IMG/VR virus record: IMGVR_UViG_3300037467_003067
Coordinates: 128,001-192,000 of that record
Origin: a virus
Lineage: Duplodnaviria > Caudoviricetes
Direction: 5' to 3' (one strand)
Length of the DNA: 64,000 nt
Each line of letters opens with the position of its first letter. Position 1 is the stretch's first letter. The position numbers and the translations under genes are program-made. Below the pieces are notes generated by a model. The model had not been told where the DNA came from, made no database searches, and saw nothing but the letters and a program-made list of their open reading frames with translations. Positions 58,088 to 64,000 of this stretch are shown in pieces.

Positions 58088-58660
58088 TTATTTATCTTCC
58101 TTAAAAAAATACGCATCAGGAGCCTCCAGGAGCCTCTCTAACGCTACGCCAGTCCACTCCCGGTAGATCAGTTGGTAGTCGAAGGTCATGCCCTCTGGGA
58201 GCAAACTGGTGGGTACAAACGCAAGCCATTGTCTCAGGTTACGCTTATAGACCAGCAGCGGTTTCTTGCCACTACGATTGGAATCGGCTGTGACCTGATC
58301 GAAGAATTCGTTTAGCTTGGAGTTTCCCTTCAAAAACAAAGAATGGAAGTCTACTTCTTTTTCATATCCGCACTTCGATTCGATTACAAACCCAAAATTA
58401 TCTGGTCCGACCAAATCCCCCACAAGGCAATCCTTGGCACTCTCTGTAAGTTCAATGCCACGTGCCCAGTAATTTCCTGACCCTGAAGTCCTGCTAAAAG
58501 GCAGACCGTGAAATCGAGCGGAGAGCAACTTGCATAAGTTACGTTCCGCTCGATCACCCTTGTCGCCAGAATTGACTTTCTTCTTTTTTTGCTTCGCTGC
58601 CTCGTGATTGGCGATGAGGTCTTCGATTTCTTGCTCAAATGGATTTGGTTCGTTGCTCAT
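58088..58660 (-). CDS. PD-(D/E)xK Holliday junction resolvase (Hjc / T5 D14-like)
   Basis: KGDRAER, SG, GDLV, IESK, PLLVYK. Confidence 0.8.
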   Translation of the reverse strand: MSNEPNPFEQEIEDLIANHEAAKQKKKKVNSGDKGDRAERNLCKLLSARFHGLPFSRTSGSGNYWARGIELTESAKDCLVGDLVGPDNFGFVIESKCGYEKEVDFHSLFLKGNSKLNEFFDQVTADSNRSGKKPLLVYKRNLRQWLAFVPTSLLPEGMTFDYQLIYREWTGVALERLLEAPDAYFFKEDK

Positions 58661-58717
58661 AGATTAAATGAGCATCAGCGATCCAAAAACTACAAGCATA
58701 GCGATCCGCCGTTGTAT

Positions 58718-60250
58718 TCATACGGCGTCGAGCAGGTGTTGGGTGCCTTTCAGGTCGTCGTAGATCATCCTGAGGGCATCCAGGTTGTTCTGGAAGTCCT
58801 GCGGGGTGATCGACCCTTCGCCTGCCAGGTTGGTTGCGGTGGTTTCGATGTCCGAAACCAACTGCTTGATTTGCCTCACGACGGCTTCGAGACCGACGAG
58901 GTCGAATGCGGAATTGGAGTTCTCACTGTTATCGTTACTGTAGCCCACGGCATGCCTTTCGATTGAGACCAATTGATTGTTCTTGTCGATTTTATATGAC
59001 GTCATCCCTTGATAGGGCGACTCTACCGGGGCGAGTTCAATCAACTCGCCATCCTCGTCATCCCGCAGTGTGTCATCGTGATCATGGTAATCGTCACTAT
59101 CGATGACATAATCGTCATGAGAATTCTGGTCAGTGTAACGGGCTTGATTGCCGTCCCAGGTCAGTTGAGGAGCGTAGTGATACTCCTCATCGATGTGCTC
59201 ATGCCAAGCATCATTGCCGGTCCGATGCTGCTGATGGTGCTTCTTGTTCTTCTTGTGATTATGGCGATTGTTGGGAGTATTCCAGGTCGTTCCCGTAAGC
59301 GGCTCATCGTTGTCGCCCAGACCGGAGACAACCGTGAGCTTCTTGGATGGCGGCAGGATCGGGAAGATGGGTCCTTTTTCGTCCCATGGAGTGAACTCGT
59401 TCTTTCCATCCAGGACGAAACGATAATGCCCGTGACCCTGTCCTTCGACCGTAGGATGATCGTCATCAACCGAGAAATACCACGCTTCTTCGGTAGGTAA
59501 TTCCCTGATAGTGTGCTTGCGACCGCCGAGGATGCTTAACGCTTGGGGACACTCCCTCAAGGCGGCTGCCCATATCTCGGGCGTCGATACGAAGAAGATT
59601 TGCCCCAGATGTTCGCGGGCATCGACTGCCCAGAGCGGACGCTTGCTGTTGTGGAAGAGCCAAAGGTCGCGGCGGCTCCCTTCGTGTCGCTCTCCGATGG
59701 CGACCGCCATGTGGGAATCGTTGACGTGGCTGAATATCTGCCGGATTCCGAGCAAGCTGCTGGTGATGTCTTCGGGAATGTCGATCCCTTCCAACGGGTC
59801 ATCGGGGACTGAAGCCCTCGCTGCCTCGAATATCCTCAAGAGTATCTCGGAATCGCAGTCGGACCGGACGTTGTATCGCTTCTTGAGAAGCGCATATTCC
59901 CAGATTCGACCGTTATGGATGAGACCGACGCTCTTGTCGGTGTTGGTGAAGGGATGGTTGTTCTTATTGTACTTGGCATCGCCGATCCCCACCGAAGACG
60001 CACGGACATGCATCAACAGAAGGTTCGGATTCATGTTCTTCAGGTTTTTCCAAACGTCGCTGTGGACGAATTGGGTTGCCTTGCGAGGCTCCTTGTGGTA
60101 CAAGACCACTCCATCGTCGCCTGCGGTGCAGCCCCAGAATCCCGAAGCATCCGTGCCGCGAATCTCGCTCTTCTCGAACAACTTGGTCGCAAGTTGAAAT
60201 GTGGCACGTGGGTCTTTGCTTTTGCCAATGAATCCGCTTACACCACACAT
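58718..60250 (-). CDS. Class II (Ntn) glutamine amidotransferase with C-terminal extension
   Basis: Start MCGV after AGGAG; RGTDASG, HVR, NNHPF, HNG, DSE. Confidence 0.85.
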   Translation of the reverse strand: MCGVSGFIGKSKDPRATFQLATKLFEKSEIRGTDASGFWGCTAGDDGVVLYHKEPRKATQFVHSDVWKNLKNMNPNLLLMHVRASSVGIGDAKYNKNNHPFTNTDKSVGLIHNGRIWEYALLKKRYNVRSDCDSEILLRIFEAARASVPDDPLEGIDIPEDITSSLLGIRQIFSHVNDSHMAVAIGERHEGSRRDLWLFHNSKRPLWAVDAREHLGQIFFVSTPEIWAAALRECPQALSILGGRKHTIRELPTEEAWYFSVDDDHPTVEGQGHGHYRFVLDGKNEFTPWDEKGPIFPILPPSKKLTVVSGLGDNDEPLTGTTWNTPNNRHNHKKNKKHHQQHRTGNDAWHEHIDEEYHYAPQLTWDGNQARYTDQNSHDDYVIDSDDYHDHDDTLRDDEDGELIELAPVESPYQGMTSYKIDKNNQLVSIERHAVGYSNDNSENSNSAFDLVGLEAVVRQIKQLVSDIETTATNLAGEGSITPQDFQNNLDALRMIYDDLKGTQHLLDAV

Positions 60251-60311
60251 ATTGACTTCTCCTGTCGTATTTCTGACCATAGATTCCGATTCCATGGTCT
60301 TATCTCAATTC

Positions 60312-60698
60312 TCAGTTATCGTTGCCCACCGTCAGAATGTCGAATTGGATTTCCTCAGGGCGATCACCCCACCACACAAAACTCCACTTGTTCTCGATGG
60401 TTGGAGGTCCTAAGTCTTCGTCTGTGGCTGCAAAGGCACATGCGCCTTCTTTGGGGCGACGGATGGAAAATGGGGGAAGCGATACAGTAGCCACTAAGGC
60501 GTTTTCTTCCGGGAATTCTTCGAGAGCCAGAATGACCCCCATCTTCCGACTATGGTCGACCAGCCAAGGAAAGTTTCGGAGTTCGACCTTATTCATCGGT
60601 CGGATTATAACCCGGTCGCCTATCTTCGGCTTGCGGATCGGGACCTCGGTTTTTGGCTGGAAAAACGCCAGCAACTTCTTCAGAAAGGCAGGCAACAT
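60312..60698 (-). CDS. Hypothetical protein
   Basis: ORF in the minus-strand gene run. Confidence 0.5.
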   Translation of the reverse strand: MLPAFLKKLLAFFQPKTEVPIRKPKIGDRVIIRPMNKVELRNFPWLVDHSRKMGVILALEEFPEENALVATVSLPPFSIRRPKEGACAFAATDEDLGPPTIENKWSFVWWGDRPEEIQFDILTVGNDN

Positions 60699-60782
60699 TG
60701 AGACGAGTCCAATGGGTTAAAACCCAGGAGAGGAGACCTCTCCCAGGTCGAATCAAAGGATACTTTACCACAGATTGAAGTC

Positions 60783-61145
60783 TTAATCAAGGTCTGCGCC
60801 GACTTGATTCAGGGGAGTGCCGAGCTTTTTAGAGACAACCTGGAGTTCGTAGACAACGCTGTTCAGCGTGGCTGGGAGGTCGCCCTGCTCGTCGATCGCC
60901 TTCATCAAGGCAACCCCAGCCTTCTGAATTTGTTCAAGATAGGGGCGTTGTTGCGCCGACCACCGACTCCTCAGGATTTGCCGGATCTGATTGACGACCT
61001 GTTCGACGAGGCGAGTCAGATGACGGGAACCCATGTTCTGCGAGTCCGAGGCGAGTTCCTGAACGGCGTTGAGGACATCGCCGATTTTAGCACCGAAATA
61101 CTGTGATTCCTCGTTGAGCAAAAAATTCTTGAAATGAATATCCAT
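60783..61145 (-). CDS. Hypothetical helical protein with targeting-like N-terminus (MDIHFKNFLLNE)
   Basis: AAGGA RBS directly after the pyrG stop. Confidence 0.65.
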   Translation of the reverse strand: MDIHFKNFLLNEESQYFGAKIGDVLNAVQELASDSQNMGSRHLTRLVEQVVNQIRQILRSRWSAQQRPYLEQIQKAGVALMKAIDEQGDLPATLNSVVYELQVVSKKLGTPLNQVGADLD

Positions 61146-61146
61146 C

Positions 61147-62787
61147 TTATTCCTTATTGACACTATTACTGTTGAATCTGGCGGTTGCGGCGGCAATCAA
61201 CCCGTCAAAGAGGGGAGCCGGGGTGCCAAGGCGAGACTTGAACTCGGGATGCGCCTGAGTCCCCACGAAATAAGGATGTAAATCCTTGCTCAATTCCATG
61301 ATCTCTACAAGCCCGCTTTCCGGATTTCTCCCCGAGGTATAAAGCCCGCTCTCAGCCAATTGGTTGGCATAAGTCGCATTGACCTCGTAGCGGTGGCGAT
61401 GTCTCTCGGTGATGTTCCGCTTCCTATAGACCTCATAAGCAAGCGTGTCCTTGGCGATTTCGCAGCTAAAACTCCCGAGTCGCATCGTTCCCGACTTCTT
61501 CTGCAGGTTTTCCTGTCCTTCCACGTAGTGGATCACCGGATGCGGCGTGTCGGCATTAAATTCGATACTATTCGCATTTTCAAGTCCGCATACGTTACGG
61601 GCATATTCAATGACCGCACACTGGAGACCTAGACAGATGCCCAGGAAGGGGATCTTATTCTCGCGACAATAGCGGATCGCTCGAATCTTGCCTTCGACCC
61701 CGCGAGAATCGAATCCGCCCGGCACGATAATCCCGTCGAGACCATCAAGCAACTTCCTGACCCCTCGAATGTCCTTGCAGTTCTCCAAGTCTTCCGCGTT
61801 GACCCAGCGGCGACGGACCCGGATGTTGTTCGCCAGACCTGCGTGGTAGAGCGCCTCCTTGAGACTGATATATGCCTCGTCGGCATTGGCATACTTGCCC
61901 ACGATGCCGATTTCGACCGAGTCCAACTCGTCGGCGTTGACGTACTTTTCAACCAGGTCCTTGTATTTATGGATTCGCACACCGTTCCGCTGGAAATGGA
62001 ATCGGTCACAGATCAGGTCGTCGATATTCCGCTGCCAGAACTCGATAGGGACCTGGTAGATGCTCTTGACGTCGGGAGCTTCGAACACGGCATTACTGGG
62101 CACATTAGTCATGCGGGCAATCTTCTCAAGAATCTTTGGAGGAAGAGTGGGATCGGCTGGGGTTCGACACAGGAGCATGTCAGCTTGGAGTCCAAAGCTC
62201 TGGAGTGTCTTCACGCTGTTCTGGAGTGGCTTGGTCTTGAACTCCTGGATTGTGGGAACCCAGAGAATCGGACTGATCAGGCATATAATGACATCATTAG
62301 GGTGTTCTTGTTTGAATTGCCTTACAGCTTCCAGGAAGCACGCGGATTCCATGTCTCCGACCGTGCCCCCGATCTCAACGAAAACGATGTCGTTACCCTC
62401 TCCTAGGTCATCAAGTCGCTTGATAACTTTCGATGTTAAGTGACCCATTTGGATAGTCTGTCCCAGATAAAGACCGGCTTCCTCTTCAGCAAGCAATTCT
62501 TTATAGAGAGTGCCGCCTGTGAGGATGTTCTTGGCACTAACTTCAATGCCCGTAATCCGTTCGTAGGTTCCTAGGTCTAAATCAGTCTCGCTGCCATCGT
62601 TACAAACGAAGCTTTCGCCATGTTGGTTTGGTGAAAGAGTTCCTGCATTTAGGTTCAAATAAGGATCGAGCTTAAAAACCTGGACTTTGAGTCCCCGCAT
62701 CTTCATCAGGAGTCCCATTGACGCAGAACTTACGCCTTTGCCTGTTCCGGAGAACACGCCCCCAAAGGTTACTACATACTTTGCCAT
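61147..62787 (-). CDS. pyrG: CTP synthase
   Basis: SGTGKG, KLDPYLN, QHGE, DLDLG, EIGGTVGD, KTKPLQ, GICLG, RHRHRYE, HPEF. Confidence 0.97.
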   Translation of the reverse strand: MAKYVVTFGGVFSGTGKGVSSASMGLLMKMRGLKVQVFKLDPYLNLNAGTLSPNQHGESFVCNDGSETDLDLGTYERITGIEVSAKNILTGGTLYKELLAEEEAGLYLGQTIQMGHLTSKVIKRLDDLGEGNDIVFVEIGGTVGDMESACFLEAVRQFKQEHPNDVIICLISPILWVPTIQEFKTKPLQNSVKTLQSFGLQADMLLCRTPADPTLPPKILEKIARMTNVPSNAVFEAPDVKSIYQVPIEFWQRNIDDLICDRFHFQRNGVRIHKYKDLVEKYVNADELDSVEIGIVGKYANADEAYISLKEALYHAGLANNIRVRRRWVNAEDLENCKDIRGVRKLLDGLDGIIVPGGFDSRGVEGKIRAIRYCRENKIPFLGICLGLQCAVIEYARNVCGLENANSIEFNADTPHPVIHYVEGQENLQKKSGTMRLGSFSCEIAKDTLAYEVYRKRNITERHRHRYEVNATYANQLAESGLYTSGRNPESGLVEIMELSKDLHPYFVGTQAHPEFKSRLGTPAPLFDGLIAAATARFNSNSVNKE

Positions 62788-62836
62788 CAATCTCACTCCC
62801 ATCTATTATCTTCAATATTATTTTAGTGTTATAGAA

Positions 62837-62869
62837 AAACATCCCGAAGGGTTAAGCTTCGGGATGTTT
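62837..62869 (-). terminator. Terminator after the ribonucleotide reductase gene
   Basis: AAACATCCCGAAG-N7-CTTCGGGATGTTT. Confidence 0.75.
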
Positions 62870-62887
62870 AAGATATTATACATAACG

Positions 62888-64000
62888 TCAGACCAGTTCG
62901 CAAGCGCCGCCAGCACACGCAATGGTGTCTCCAACCTTGGTGCCGTCTTCTTCCTCGTACATGGTCGAATAATCCACATCGACGTATTCCTGCTGGAGCT
63001 TGTTCCACTTACGTAGATAGTAAACATCTTTAAGTAAGTAACAAGTTTTTTTGAGGTCGCCGTTAAAGTGCCTATCGGCGAAATTGACCACTTCCTGGAC
63101 CCAATGACGCTGGCTCGCAACCTGGAAGAATTCGTCTTCATCCTTCGGTTCTTCCAGGGAATTGATCCCGAGTATCACGTCACAAGCTGTCCAGAGTGTG
63201 TGGAAATGCTTTGACAGCATCTCAATCAATTCGTCGGTCTCAGTCCAGACATTGCCGTATTCTTCGGTCAGTTCGTCCTCAAGCTTGACGGCGACCATGG
63301 GAGCCTGCGGGTAATCGCGGTCACCCGAAGACGGGAGCAGCGAGACCCCGGCGAAGTGTTCCCTGTTGTCATAGATGAACTCCGCAACCGCATCCCATTC
63401 GTCTGGTCGTACGTTGACCGTATTCGAGACGTTGTGATTCAACCAAGGCTCGACGCACCGTTCTTCAACCTTGCCGTACGTAACCCAATTCTGTTGGGTC
63501 AGCTTGACGTTTTCAAGCAAGGTGATCGCGTCGATGTCTTTCTTGGTCTTGGCGGTGGGTGGTGCCGTGATACAGAAAGCGAGAAGTTTATCAGTCTTGT
63601 TGGCACTCCATACACTGTCCTCGACAGCCATTGAATTGTGCATCGCAAAGTGCTGAAGCGGGGCTTCCAACTCATTGCCCTGCATATGACGGATATAGTT
63701 CATGGCATGGTGAGCATGGATTCCACTTGCCGTCATAAGCAGGCAAGAGGTTGTCCCAGCGGGCTTCAAGCAGGTACAACGAGCAGCCGGGTTGATTCCG
63801 ATCAACTCCGCAAGCCACGCATTGACCTCTACGACTAGAGCCGCCATTTCACGTTGGATCTCAGGATCGAGAATGATATGGGGATTGTCCATGACTCCCG
63901 TAATGCTAACGCCGAGCAACGCCTCGCGACGGAAAATCCGTTCGGTGATTTCTCCTAGATAAGGCATGTCCGTATAACCAGCCTGAAGGGTTCCAATGAT
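62888..64000 (-). CDS. nrdJ: Class II (B12-dependent) ribonucleotide reductase, C-terminal part
   Basis: LLGVSITG, CLKPAGTTS, HNVSNT, YPQAP, C-terminal ACAGGACEL; runs off the window. Confidence 0.85.
   Translation of the reverse strand: MIGTLQAGYTDMPYLGEITERIFRREALLGVSITGVMDNPHIILDPEIQREMAALVVEVNAWLAELIGINPAARCTCLKPAGTTSCLLMTASGIHAHHAMNYIRHMQGNELEAPLQHFAMHNSMAVEDSVWSANKTDKLLAFCITAPPTAKTKKDIDAITLLENVKLTQQNWVTYGKVEERCVEPWLNHNVSNTVNVRPDEWDAVAEFIYDNREHFAGVSLLPSSGDRDYPQAPMVAVKLEDELTEEYGNVWTETDELIEMLSKHFHTLWTACDVILGINSLEEPKDEDEFFQVASQRHWVQEVVNFADRHFNGDLKKTCYLLKDVYYLRKWNKLQQEYVDVDYSTMYEEEDGTKVGDTIACAGGACELV

Noticed and set aside
1-64000. Stop-codon reassignment, as seen in some large phages
   Set aside because: Conserved genes are full length in the standard code, and TAA, TGA and TAG all end genes at sensible positions.

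Overview
This 64-kb window is part of a large tailed dsDNA phage genome, a T4-superfamily-like or jumbo myophage using the standard genetic code. No rRNA, CRISPR array, integrase or convincing tRNA was seen. Virion module: tail fibres (11.2-23.3 kb), gp13/gp14-like neck proteins, gp15-like tail terminator, tail sheath, two tail tubes, a gp26/gp51-like hub/chaperone pair and a gp55-like late sigma factor. DNA and nucleotide functions: Dda/RecD-like helicase, Holliday junction resolvase, class II ribonucleotide reductase, CTP synthase, two DNA methyltransferases, an RNA ligase-like protein and two LAGLIDADG genes. Accessory genes: glutamate dehydrogenase, NAMPT, a McsA homologue, S8 and C1A proteases, a phiEco32-type COOH-NH2 ligase with a class II amidotransferase, and a glycan toolkit (three GT9-like and two GT-A-like proteins, an HldD-like epimerase, two SAM methyltransferases). 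Main signals read directly from the DNA: (1) a family of unrelated proteins sharing a T4-type N-terminal capsid-targeting-like peptide, suggesting a packaged payload; (2) a -1 slippery site that would fuse the gp26-like gene to an unannotated gp51-like ORF, followed by a second such ORF; (3) a palindromic TATATA late-promoter motif; (4) Cys-rich virion proteins beside a CxxC membrane-protein operon, a possible virion disulfide pathway; (5) an ATC-initiated gene missing from the ORF track; (6) several structured non-coding elements. All product calls come from motif recognition by eye; no database searches were run.
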